Positions 40,873 through 52,722 of a DNA stretch of 64,000 nucleotides are shown piece by piece. Source of the stretch: Camelus dromedarius (lineage: Eukaryota); NCBI RefSeq assembly GCF_036321535.1, contig NC_087437.1, forward strand, positions 41,108,001 through 41,172,000, in the 5' to 3' direction. Made by a program: the position numbers and the translations under genes. Under the pieces are notes generated by a model, which was not told where the DNA came from, made no database searches, and saw only the letters and a program-made list of their open reading frames with translations. Numbering within the stretch: position 1 is the first letter of the stretch; the number at the start of each line of letters is the position of its first letter.

Positions 40873-42841
40873 CTAAGCAGCAAACCAGCATGACAGCAGC
40901 GTTACTGAGCAGATCAGCTAGGACCTTACTCGGCGGAAGGGAAGATAAAATCTGGGGGAGAAAGAACTGGAGCACAAGAGCCCACCACAGCTTCTATAGC
41001 ATCCTTTTAAAAGCGCTCCCGAATTTCCCATTTAGAGCTGTAGGGCTGAACCTGGGTTCCTAGCAAAGAGTTAAACGATGGACTTGGGACTGCTGAGGAG
41101 TTGGTGAAGTAAGTGTGATGATAATAACAATAACATTTTTTGTGAAGATTTACTGACCAGCCAAACAATCTATTTACAAGCACTTCTCTTCTAACGTTAC
41201 AAACTTCCTCCTTTAAACTTCCTAACGTTGACTTTAGAGAGTGCTCCATGAAACAAGAATTGCTCTGAATATCTTACTTCTTATGAACTCACTAAATCCA
41301 CCATGAGACAGACACAATTATTTTTCTCATTTTACACATGAGAATGTACAGTAGAGAGAGGTTAAGTAACAAACTAGATTTCACAGCTAAACGTGCTGTT
41401 TCCGGATTGTAACCTACACATACCCCACGCCCACACATCTAGCAACTACACTGCCCTGCTTTCTGGGGACCTGGTTTTCACCTGTTAGGAGATCATGTAT
41501 CTCTTGACACCTGGACGTTTCTTTCAGAGTTGTAAGCCTCACAATTTGGCATATGTTGATGCTGTTTATGCAGGGAAGACACGCAGTCTTTGGGTAAGAA
41601 TGTGGCTCTTTAAGACAAATCATTAAAATCTAGAGTTTGGGGGACCCTGTCCCATTAGCACTGCTTACACTTTATTGTCTGTGCTTATGTAAGCCTGTCT
41701 CCTCCTCCATCACCAAGGTAAGCTCCCTGGAGACACGAGCCATGTCTGATCTCTTATCTCTGAGTCTAGCACTGTGCCTGCCATGTGGAAAGTGGCCAGT
41801 CAGTTTTGGCTGGGTACTTTCTAAATGAAACTTAATTCAACAAACATTAACCTAGTATCTGCTTTGTGCAAGGGACCTACCAGACCCTCTTTGGACTGAA
41901 ATCTCAGCGCCCAGACTGCAGGGGGCATTTCCACAGCCTCTTCTACCAGCCTGGTCCAGTTCCTGTTGCCCTTGAGGTCTAACCCCTGGAGCAGCCCTGC
42001 CCCAGCCTCTTCAGACCTGCTTAGGTTTGAAATCTGGAATGTTATTAATTGTAGTTCAGAAAAAATTCTCAAAGTCCAATTTGGCTCAATGATCCCCTTC
42101 AGCCAGAATAGGACTGTAACCAATTGAATTTACACCAGTGTTAAATATAATTAAATGCATTAAACAAAGCTTATTTTAAAAATATGTAGGACAAAAAACA
42201 AACCTACTTTACAAGAGCCCCCAAAATAAAAATAAAAAATGGAAGCACTTGAAGAATGCTTAATCCGATTAGCTGCCACCAGGCTATCTACATCTTCACT
42301 TCTTAATCCCTTCATAAAGTTTCACAAGTTTTCCCTTTTTTATAGGGCAAAAGTACCCAAAAAGGTCAAAGTTAGGGGTTTTAAAAGAGGAGATTTGTAT
42401 GTTAAAAGAGAAGTTTCTATAAAAATGTACCCCATGGATGGTTAGGTCTGGACTAATTGTATACAGATAAAACCAACCAAGGGAAAGACATGCTAAGCTG
42501 TCTAGTGCTGAAGAATCTTGGACCTCATAATCTAAAGGCAAACTGAAACCCAAGAATCCTCAATTGTATCACTACTCTGAAATTCAAACAGCATTCTGAA
42601 ATCAAAAGTGACCTCAAAATATTTTGTGGAACTAGTAACACAGGTGGATGCCTGGCAGAAATTTAAGGCATCTGGGTGAAAACAGCTGCATTATCTTTAT
42701 TTTTCATGAAATTTCATACTTCATTTCAATTCATATTTCATTTTTGGTATGCAAAATTTTAAAGATCCTCTAAAACCTCTAGAAACGTCCTCCTTATGTA
42801 AAAGTGGAGAAATCTTCTTTTCTTCTTCAAATAGCTTAAAA

Positions 42842-43028
42842 CAGTGGTTCTCAAACTTTAAAGCACATCAGAATCACCTGAAAGCTGTTAAGTCACAGAC
42901 CGCCAGGCTGCCCCACCCCTAGAGTTGCTGACCCGCAGATCTGGGATGGGCCTGAGAATCTGCATTTCCACCAGGTTTCTGGGTGATGCTAGTGCTGCTG
43001 CCAGGTGACCACACTTTGAAAACCACTG
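42842..43028. mobile_element. MER5A-like hAT-Charlie MITE, full length
   Basis: TIRs cagtggttctcaaa / tttgaaaaccactg; 8-bp TSD gcttaaaa/gcttacaa; internal catcagaatcacctg and ctgagaatctgcattt. Confidence 0.9.
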
Positions 43029-43457
43029 GCTTACAAGACGCCATTTCACTTAACCCAGTCCATTTCATTTTTTCCAGTTTCAGGCTCTTGCCAAAATCCC
43101 AGGGAACAAAAGATGATAATCTGTGTATATCAAAGGTCTATACAAATTTTAGTTTTAGTAATTTTAACTAAAAGGACGTTTGTTCTGACCTGGCGGGAAC
43201 TCCTATGGGTCTCCAGAGAAGCAAGTTTACCAAGAACTGATTTTGTGGGTGGCTCAAAGCTTTTTTCTTTCTCATCCTCCCTTTATCCTTCACATTCAGT
43301 GGGGCCTCCTGTATTAACTAGAGATTCTGTATTAAAAGCCATCCTTTGGCTGGTCCTTTGCCTGAATCCATGTTACAATTCCCTGGACTTTTATTAGGTT
43401 TTATTAGGTAACTGCACATCCTGTTGAAAAACCCAGTGGAAGGGAGGGAGAATGTAC

Positions 43458-43622
43458 CTGGGGATCGACTGGTCTGAGCATGGGGGGTGTCCGAGCAGGC
43501 TGAACCCCACTGATGCTGAAGGACTCCGACCTCGGGGGCAGGTTGGGGTCCGATATCCTGTTGGCAACCTTGTGGGGCATGGCAGGTGAACTCTGCCGGT
43601 TGAGCCTTGATCGTTCTTCTAC
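43458..43622 (-). CDS. TNIK: TNIK cassette exon ~16 (165 nt, phase 0/0): VEERSRLNRQSSPAMPHKVANRISDPNLPPRSESFSISGVQPARTPPMLRPVDPQ
   Basis: Long T-tract acceptor cttctag|GTA, donor CAG|gtacat; translated by hand; the known 55-aa alternative segment. Confidence 0.97.
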
Positions 43623-46600
43623 CTAGAAGCAAAAAAGAAAAAAAAAAGAATGCCTCGATGCTCACCAGACAGAAGCCGATTTACTTCCTTGTAAGGATTT
43701 GGTGTAGTCAGCTGCACAGCCATTTTGTGTCCCCCTGATCAATTCATTAAAAATAAACCCCAAACTTCCCATGTCTGCTCTGCATCGAGAATTTGCAAAA
43801 AAGCTTTTTTTTTTTTTTTTTTTTTTTTTGTCAGAGTAAATACAGGCATGAAAAACACACAGAACACTTAAGACATCACCCTTCCATCACCCATTATCTT
43901 GTGCTCTTTTGCTGGCTGGGAATTTGGGACCTGCCTATGAGTGTATCTTGCGTCAGTGGGAGTACCGTCCTGCCGGATGGTCACAAAGCCGGGACCAGGG
44001 AGGGAGCGAGGCAACTATGGGGGCACCACGACTGCTGGGGGGAAACAGAAAACTGCCTTGAGTTGACTCATGGGAAAGGGGGGGCCACCCGGGAGGGCTA
44101 ACAAGAGGATGAGGCTGAGTGCACCGCCTCCACTTCGTCACATGCTCTCCTGGTGGGCAAGTGGGTGTCTCAATTAATGAGCATGGCCTGACTTAAATAG
44201 ATTTCCTGGGTCATTTTCTTTTTCTCTCTTAAGGGCCTTTTCTCTTCAGTTGTCTCTCCCTGCTCTCTACACTGCATTCCTTCCACTTCCAGCCTGGGCT
44301 TCCCGGCCCTACCATCTCCTCTTCCCCCCGCTTCTCCACACTCAGCCTTCATTCTTGTGTCTCCTCCTCTCCGTCCTCCAACCCTCTCTCCTCTCTGGAC
44401 GGTTCATGTCCTTGTCCTTTCCTTTCTTGCAGAGTCTCTCTCAGCCCAGAGGGGATAACTGATCAGAGTGCTTCCCAGGGAAGGCTCCCAGGACGAGGGA
44501 AGGCCCTCTTTACAGGTAGAAGTTACCCTCAGTTGCAGCAGGCAGACTGCGGCACAGGAAAAATTAAAGGAAAATTTAGATAAACAAAATGTACCCTGTA
44601 AGACCTGATTTACAATCTTCAACAACCTCAAGAGGTCTAGCACTTTTCTTCCAGATCCATCTTATCCTGTCCTTTACTTCTTTAGGGTCAATTTGACAGC
44701 TGTAATTTCCACACCGACCAGGGCAAGGCGCCCCACCCCGATGTCCCTTAACTCTCTTCTGTAGACTTGCTACGTGTGTTGCAAGAGTCTGTCAAGGAAC
44801 TCACAGGAAGGTCCTCAAGACACATTTGTATGTAGCAGCTAAGAGTCTTCATTCCTTTTACTGCCTGATTTGAAATACAAATTCAAAAGAGCTATTCTCT
44901 CCCACCCTCCCCCCATCCCATTTTGACTCTTTTTGGAGGCAGACTCAGTCTCACATAGTCTGTTTTTTTAAGCTCTCATATTAACCACAAACATGCTAAG
45001 GTGTTAAGATGTCCTACAGGATAGAAAACCACCCTTCTGCCTCTACTTAGGGTTGCTCTGAACACCTCTTCTCCCACCATGGCTGTGCAGGGTACACCCA
45101 ATTGGCATCCAGTTGACTTTGGTTTTAAAATTCCACGTCCCAGAAGCTTACCACATACCAAATAAGATTTGCTGCAAAAAGCCAGGAATAGAAACCAGAA
45201 CATGTATACTTTGTGCATGTTTGTGTGCAAAGTATTACACCAGCAATGATCATTTGGCTAGCGCATTGAGCAAAAGGGGAAAAAACAAGCCAGCTTTGAG
45301 GTAAGACCACAAAGAAGAAAACGTTCTGCAAAGACAGCCCTATATAAACTGACACCAAGGCACGTAACGTATTGCTTTTCCAAATACTAGACTCTCTGAA
45401 AAGAAGGTGCCTATTTCCAGACCACTGAAGTGAGTCAAATAATAGCTGTTTTCTTAGATCATTAATAGATAAATCACACGTATGAGCACCCTCACTACCT
45501 GAACACTCACCAACCAAACCATTGCTGTCTGAGGTCAGGAATCTAAGAGGTTCAAACTCGTTTTCGGATTATTACTTGGCTATCCAAACTACAGCCACTT
45601 ATTAATCGATATTTAAGAACCAAATATTGTAAGAGACTGAAGAGTACTTGTCATTATTTTTTTTTAGCTGTAAAACCTCCTCAGACTGTTTTAACCCACA
45701 TTCAGAGACAGTACATTAAAAATAATAGTTAAAAAAATCTGTTCCCTAAGACTACATTTTGAACAAAGAAACCATTTTTGAGGTAAAGAATTCTTTTGGC
45801 AACTGCCAGCAACAAGGCTCAAGTAAAGGAAGCATCCTTGCCTCTAATGGGACCACGGGCCACGTGGCCCTAAAGCTGTCGTTAGAAATGCACAGGGCAC
45901 AAAGGGGGGTGCTGCTTTCCACGGGCAGTAAATGAGTTTAATTAGTCATTGAGATATAATGTACTTCTGGTAACATTTCCTATGCCTTCTATCAGTTAGT
46001 TAACACACTAAATCCTACCATTAGTACGTTTCAGTTTGTACCATTCTGAAATATAGGATGTAAATAATCTATTGTTTCATTCTGAAGATTATTTCCAGCT
46101 GAGTCCAATGTGGTGAAATTTCCTGGGTTGGAGTTGCTTGAAGAAATTTGAAAACCTATGTGACAAGTGTAACAGTGAGGAATCAGGCTACTCTATCTTA
46201 AGAAAATCTTTTCTCAAAGTCTTTAGGATGATATTACTGCCTGTTGCTTTTACACCAAAAGAATAGCATGAGTATTGGAGCAAAGACATCAAATCAAATA
46301 TCCTAATGACAGTTTAAGACGGATGGGGGGGAAGCTATGTAGCATGTCCAGGAGCAGGCCCTTCTGGTTATTGTGATATTGGGAAAATGCCTGCCTCCTG
46401 ACCCACCACATCTTATGTCTACAAGTTGAATAGTGAGTGAGCAAAAAAGAAAGTGTTTTTTTTTCCTCTCCCAACTTAAGAATATATAAGGTTGAAAACT
46501 GGGTTACAATCAAGATATGTTTCAATCTGTCTTTCATGAAACTAAAAAAAAAAAAACAAAAAAACTATTAGCTAAGCCTCTGCCCCAACCTCCTGCTGCC

Positions 46601-47800
46601 AAGAAAACGTAAAATAGCAGAAAAACCACCAGAAAAGACTGTGCTAGTAGCATCAGACATAGTGGCAAGGTGCCAGACCATGACAACAAAAGATATGTAT
46701 TACAAAGGATCGCATACTTGATGAGATTATCAGTGAGTATAGAGAACAATCTTAGGAGAGTCTGATTAATTTTACTATAAAATCGTTTTTTTTTTCCCCT
46801 TGAAAGGTTTATTTTAATATCAAAACTAAAGTAACTTCGGAGAGGTTTGGATCCCCTCTGCAGAAATGCTATACTATTTATTACAGCATTACAGGGAGAA
46901 AGAAAAAAATAACTGTGGTCTCAGAAATAAAATTCTGCTCCAGGCAGGGCTGTGTCGTCTATTGGGAACTACGGGAGCGATGTCTAAAGCCTTTGAGATA
47001 TATAAACGCTGCATAAACACAGAAGGCCTGACAATAAGTGTGTTGATTGCAAGATTTCAAAATAAATTTTCAAAATAAATAAAAATACATTGAAACACAT
47101 ATATGTGTAAACATTCTATCAGTGTCAATTGTTAAATTGTTTTGTACATTTGAAAATAATTCATAGCTTCCAATGTCTCCCTTAGCAATAATGAATATCT
47201 GCTAAGAGAAAATTTCAAAACAAAATTACAGAAGTAATGTTTAAAATGTTGACAACAAAAATATATTTACTGTGTCATATGGGTGCATTTTAATAATACT
47301 TTCTATGATTGTAGGGTCCATGGAGTTTCTCCAGGTCTTAGAAAGCCGTACTTAAGAGCCAGTATGTGGTGGATGGAATACAACCATATGGGAAATTACT
47401 TTCTCTCTCTTTTTTTTTTCCCAACTGAACAAAACAGTTTGATTATATGTCTTTACTAGCAATGCTGGAGGAAGAGAAAGAAGTCAACAAACAACCTTTA
47501 AGTCCTCATTAGGTACTCTGACCCTGCACTCACTGGTCGCATAAAGAGTTGAGTCATGCTGTCTTTTGGCAAAACCACTGGGCAAGACTGGGGCTGTCCC
47601 TTCTCCGGGGCACCTCTGAGGACGGGAGACTCTCATTCATAGAGAATGCTTATAATGCAGTCTTGCCTAAGGAGATGGGTCTGGACCACTTTCCTAAGAT
47701 ACTCTTAACCAATGATTCCACAGAAGAGTATAGCTCTTCAGGTGAATGGAGCACATAACTTAAAAGTAATGAGGCAAAAAAAAAAAAAAAAAAAAAAAAA

Positions 47801-47925
47801 GGGTGTGGGAGGGTATAGCTTAAGTGGTAGAGCGCTTGCTTAGCATCCACAAGGTCCTGGGTTCAATCCCCAGTACCTCCTCTAAAAATGAATAAATAAG
47901 TAAAACCTAATTAGTGCCCCCCCCC
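47801..47925 (+). mobile_element. tRNA-derived SINE (camelid Vic-1-like)
   Basis: A-box TAGCTTAAGTGG, B-box GGTTCAATCC, AT-rich tail then C-run; 16-bp TSD aaag(t/g)aatgaggcaaa at 47763-47778 and 47926-47941. Confidence 0.85.
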
Positions 47926-49769
47926 AAAGGAATGAGGCAAATCTTTAGCAAGTTGAGATGGGAAATGACAGTGTGCAGCTCTCACCAGGGAGAGGGAAGC
48001 GGAGGAGATGGGAATGCACGTGAACTGCTCATGTGAAATCCAAGCCAGACACAACAGAGACAGAACACTTATCCCTGCGGGCAACCATGGCCCTGGGAGC
48101 AAAACGGAAATACATTGAGTATCATAGTTCGTACGCATTTGTTCAGTGCCTACGGTTTCCATGGCACCTTCATATACGTGGTTGCCCACAATCCTCCCAA
48201 CTCTGAGACAGGAAGCACCGATGGGGAGGCTGCACTTCATCATGGTGACCAGACTAACCAGGGCACACAGCCACAGGAAGTGGAATGACTGGAACTCAAA
48301 CAACCTCTTTCCCGTTTCCTGCCAGGTCTCTCTTATGCTAAATCTTAAGAGAGAGAAGCAGAAACTGGAGAGAGATGGGAGTAGAACTGTAAACTCTCTA
48401 AATAGTCATTTGCGACCTCATATATAAAACGAAAAAAAGCAACACATGTAAAGCAGAGAACACAAGTGGAGAAGGAGTTTTTAGGTAGAGGGATTTCAAA
48501 GTCCAATGGGTTGATGGGATATAAAGAGACATTTTGGCCCATTATTTGCCAAATAAAACCATGGCCAGATGACTGGCATGCATCACCAAGAAGGATCATG
48601 ATGGAGTGTTAAAAAAAAATTAAAATACAGTCTCACGCAGTACTCTTGTAGACAGAGCATTCTGTCACTGCAGCATGGGGGTAAACGTTTTTTAAAAAAT
48701 TATTGCCAGGCCCAGACAATCACATGTCATTTAAGCAACAGGAATTTGCACCATTATAAAGAAGGGCATTATTAAAAAAAAAAAAGGGATATCCATCTTT
48801 ATAAAAGTGCCAGTGTGTGTGTTGGGAACTTCAAATTTTGCCGATGTTTAACAGATGTCATATTGATGTTTTCACAGAACAAATCTGACTTCCATTCCAA
48901 TCCAGAGATGGTAGAGCATTCAAAAGGAGTGAGCATGCCCCCAACTCCTCCTTTGAATAGAGGCATTAATTTTTCCTTTCTGGTTGACATCTGAGAATCA
49001 AAGTCAATGTGCCTTTTAAGACAACTAGAATACTGAGTAAAAGGGGAGGGAGAAGAGCTCAACAAGATCTGCCAAAATAATCGCGGATTTTCATTTGTTC
49101 TTACTGCATCCGACAAATTAATAAGAAAGGTATTGAGAAATGTGATGATGACTTACGTTTTACAAAGTGAAGCGACAAAAACCAGGGAGATGAAACCTTA
49201 TGATGATATTCCATTGCTAATGAAAAAATGCTGATTTGCAATAAGGAGCAGAAATAAGTGGATGGAAAAGTAATCAAAGCAGGAAAAAGCATCCTGATGA
49301 AAGGTATAGAGCTGAGTTAGAAAACAAACACTGTAGCAGAATACAGAAGAGGCTGCTGTGGGTGGAAGACAGCAGGGTGGTGTCTTCAATGGCACACGGG
49401 GCAAAAAGCCCAGACCCTCTATCACAGGAGACCAGGCATAGCTCTGCCCACTCTTCCGTGGTGAAGGTATTTCACATATATACCCTGGCAGAAGATGCAT
49501 TTGAAAATGACAATGGTCGCTTTTATTCCACCTCCAAAAGAGAGGTTAACCCAGGTTCTTTTATCAGTTGATAATTGAGATACCGCTGAGCTACAAATTC
49601 TGTCCATACCTCGAGTCTTGAAATGTATTTTACTGTTTGCTACTTTCAGCCCTACCCACCTCTCTATTATAAGAAAAGAAAACTGCAAATAAAGCTCTAG
49701 AAGAAAAGTTCATACATTGCTGATCAGAAGCATTGAAAGATCAAGAAGGTAAGGATCCTCACACTCCTT

Positions 49770-49775
49770 TTTATT
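49770..49775 (-). terminator. Candidate intronic polyadenylation signal AATAAA
   Basis: First AATAAA I found downstream of the candidate terminal exon stop; a second one is at 49522-49527. Confidence 0.35.
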
Positions 49776-50072
49776 TCCATTTTAAGAAGTGGGTGTAAAA
49801 AAATGATGAATTAAATTAAGGCAGTTATTTGCTCTTATTTGTATACCAGTTGCTCCAGTCTCCAATTTAGCACTGTCACTCATTCTATCATCTAAATGTT
49901 TCATCTTTTAAAATATGAACACCCACTCAAAGACTTGGGAACTGTTCCATGAATAGATAGGTGGTTAGCTGGAAGTTAGATTATGTTAACCACACCATGG
50001 AGGATAGGATTAAGTATGAAGTCCTAAAAAAATGTTTCTACCTGTTTAGAAGTACACGAAGCCCAAAGAGCA

Positions 50073-51296
50073 CTAGCTGCTAAAAAGCCAGGAACCTTGG
50101 AAGACGTCACCCACCAGAGGTGGCCCAGATTTAGGACAGCTGGGGAACCTCCCATTGGGGGTGCTCGATGACACAGCCATGCTGTTTGCACACCCAACGG
50201 CTATGTTTCCTTTACTGCTAGAAGCCTGTCTGGGAAGCATAGGGGAATTAGGAGGTCTAGAAAACTGCCTTGATGACATCTGCGAAGATTTGTCCCCAGG
50301 AATGCCACAGCTTCTAAAAGCTGGGGAACTGTGAATTAGTTCTGAACAGAGGGGATAGGCCAGGAAATTTAACGATGAGGACAAATAGTGACTAGAAAAC
50401 AATGATGTCAAAACGTTTAAGTTCAAATTAGAACTTGCTGGGTAGAGGTGGAAGGAAGTAAGTTCCAACTCCTTTCTGGTACATTTGCGCCTGAGGGAGC
50501 TGCACGGGGGACAGAAGAAATTCTGCGATGCTTTGCAAGACATCACAGTCTTCTCCAATGTGATCTGTAGGTGTCTCTGCTCTAAATTCATGCTTGGGCT
50601 GGGAGCGCTGAAAGCCAGGTGGTCACACACCCAGATGAGGTCATTCAACAATGCAGCACTTCTCAGAGGAGTCGAGGTGCTTGCATGAATGCATGAATTC
50701 ACACCCTGCCTGCCCCGAAGTCCACATGAGTCTCTCGGGCCCTCCTTACTTGCAGTAATGGACAACTGGGGGCTCATCACTTTGGAGATGTTGGGAGATG
50801 ACACACAGATGACCTGAGATCTTAACTCTCGACTGGGGCTACATCCTTGGGAGTGAGATTGCTTTATTGATCTCACTGTGGTCCTTGAGGCTTCCTGAGG
50901 CTTCAGTTGATGTTCAAGATCAAGTCTAATAGGACAAACTGGTCCATCTTTCTTCCGTGAGTGATGCTCAATCAGGAGTCTTGATCTGGAATCATTCATT
51001 TCTGCAGGTGCTACTGGCATTAGCTTAGTAGAGGCTAGGTTTTCAGCCTTCTGAACACCTGCCACGATGAGGAGCTGTGAGTCTGGCTTAGCTGAGGGCT
51101 TCAGCTTGGCATGGCTAGAAAATGGTTTAGCAGTGGAGGAAGGCGGCACATCTCTGCCAGCCAGGAAGCAGGTCAGCTGCTGTTTAACAGCATAGAGATT
51201 CTGCTTAGCTGGAAGAACAGGCGGGTTATTAGGGGCCGGTGCTGTACCTGGGAGCAGGATCACAAAACTGAATACTGACCTCGGTGAAAGGGGCCT
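50073..51296 (-). CDS. Candidate unannotated alternative terminal exon of TNIK (407 aa + stop, RPLSPRSVFSFVILLPGTAP...GSWLFSS*)
   Basis: 445 stop-free codons on the sense strand (50076-51410); phase-0 acceptor tttacctgtgtctgtaccag|AGG; AATAAA ~300 nt past the stop. Not part of the canonical protein I recognise. Confidence 0.5.
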   Translation of the reverse strand, partial: RPLSPRSVFSFVILLPGTAPAPNNPPVLPAKQNLYAVKQQLTCFLAGRDVPPSSTAKPFSSHAKLKPSAKPDSQLLIVAGVQKAENLASTKLMPVAPAEMNDSRSRLLIEHHSRKKDGPVCPIRLDLEHQLKPQEASRTTVRSIKQSHSQGCSPSRELRSQVICVSSPNISKVMSPQLSITASKEGPRDSCGLRGRQGVNSCIHASTSTPLRSAALLNDLIWVCDHLAFSAPSPSMNLEQRHLQITLEKTVMSCKASQNFFCPPCSSLRRKCTRKELELTSFHLYPASSNLNLNVLTSLFSSHYLSSSLNFLAYPLCSELIHSSPAFRSCGIPGDKSSQMSSRQFSRPPNSPMLPRQASSSKGNIAVGCANSMAVSSSTPNGRFPSCPKSGPPLVGDVFQGSWLFSS

Positions 51297-52533
51297 CTGG
51301 TACAGACACAGGTAAATACAAATCGCACTTACAGACTCTAAGGGAAGATGATCAAAAGTGTTCTTTACGATGAAACAAACGATTTTCTCTGCAGATTTAG
51401 TTTTTAAGTTTTAAAAGAAAAAAGTTATTAGTTTTGTAAAACTAGTAAATGACCATTATAAAGGATTTAAACAATACATAAGAGTACAAAAATTTTTTAA
51501 AACCTTGTAGCTTCTACTTTCCATAAACAACCATTATTAACATTAGGACAACATAATTTTAAGCATTTTGTATATATTTCTATGTGTCAGATAGAATAGA
51601 AAACAAAAAAGAAAAACTTATAAAAATAAAATCTTATATAAGAAATCTGGTTCTGGTAATATAGTAGTCTAGATAACTTGAAATAAGCTCTAGCAATAAA
51701 TACCTGAAGATACTAGAACAAAATACAAAGTAATATAAAACACCCTTCTAAATGACGAGTTATGCTCACAAGAAAATAAAGGAAATCACTAGGTGCCACA
51801 TTAATGACAGAACTGAAAAGCAGGGTGTTGAGCACATGAGTTGACACACTGACTCCCTGGAAGGGTTGTTGATCTTGGCTGGAGTTATTTTGTTGTGTGC
51901 CTTACTCATTTCATGATCAACCGTTTTTTCTCTACGATCCAAATGATTTTTAATTAGATTTTAAAAAATAGCTTATCACAGAGTCAAGTTGCCAAAAACC
52001 CTTCCTTAGTCTAGCCGTTGAAAAAAGTAAGGACCATGACTTTGGAAATATTTGCAAAAGAAATATAAATGACCACTCATCCTGTAACTGAAACACAACC
52101 ACAAGTCTGGGACCAACTGTGCGTTCGCCGGTATCACAAAAGATCATGGAATGTTGGTGACAATACTAATGATCAGTTTCAGGGTCTAGGGATGGACAGG
52201 AATGATCCTACCTAGAATTCGTTATCTTCAATCACATCTTCCACGGCGAAGTCACTAAAAATCCTCATGCCACAGACTCAGTTGCGTTCCAATAAGGAAA
52301 AGGATTTTCTACTTCCTATTGTTACTTACAAAAAGAGCCACAAATGGATTAAGGTGCCTTGCCAATTCTCTATGGAAATAATGTTATGGTTCTTCCCAAA
52401 ACAAAGGATGTGTGTCTCATGAGTAATTCTTTTCCAACTTGATAGCACTAGTTTAACTCTACTTCTACTGGAAAAACTCATTACGGCCGAGATCCCAGCC
52501 AACAGGGCCTGGCTGTACACGCCGCTTACTTAC

Positions 52534-52722
52534 CTCCTTGGCCCATGCTGGTTTCTCACTAGGACTCATCCCTTCTTTGTAATGGTACAGGGGCTTCTTC
52601 TCCACGGGCCTCTGCTCCTGCCGCTGATGCTGAAGGGAAACCAGGTAGTCTCTCTCTTGCTTGAGCTGTCTCTGTAGTCTTTCTGCTTGTCTCTGTTCTT
52701 CCAACTGTTTGCGCTTATATTC
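52534..52722 (-). CDS. TNIK: TNIK exon ~15 (189 nt, phase 0/0): EYKRKQLEEQRQAERLQ...SEKPAWAKE
   Basis: Acceptor ggacag|GAA, donor GAG|gtaagt; overlaps ORF 52465..52704. Confidence 0.97.

Noticed and set aside
47801..47880. Possible tRNA gene (also 29045-29120)
   Set aside because: tRNA-like head is followed by a SINE tail and flanked by TSDs, with no proper acceptor stem; these are SINEs
51245..51265. Acceptor ctgctcccag|GTACAG or a GTG start for the 396-aa ORF
   Set aside because: That AG enters the long frame in phase 1 and hits a TGA after 24 codons when joined to exon 15; GTG initiation is unlikely in a mammal; the acceptor at 51296/51297 fits better
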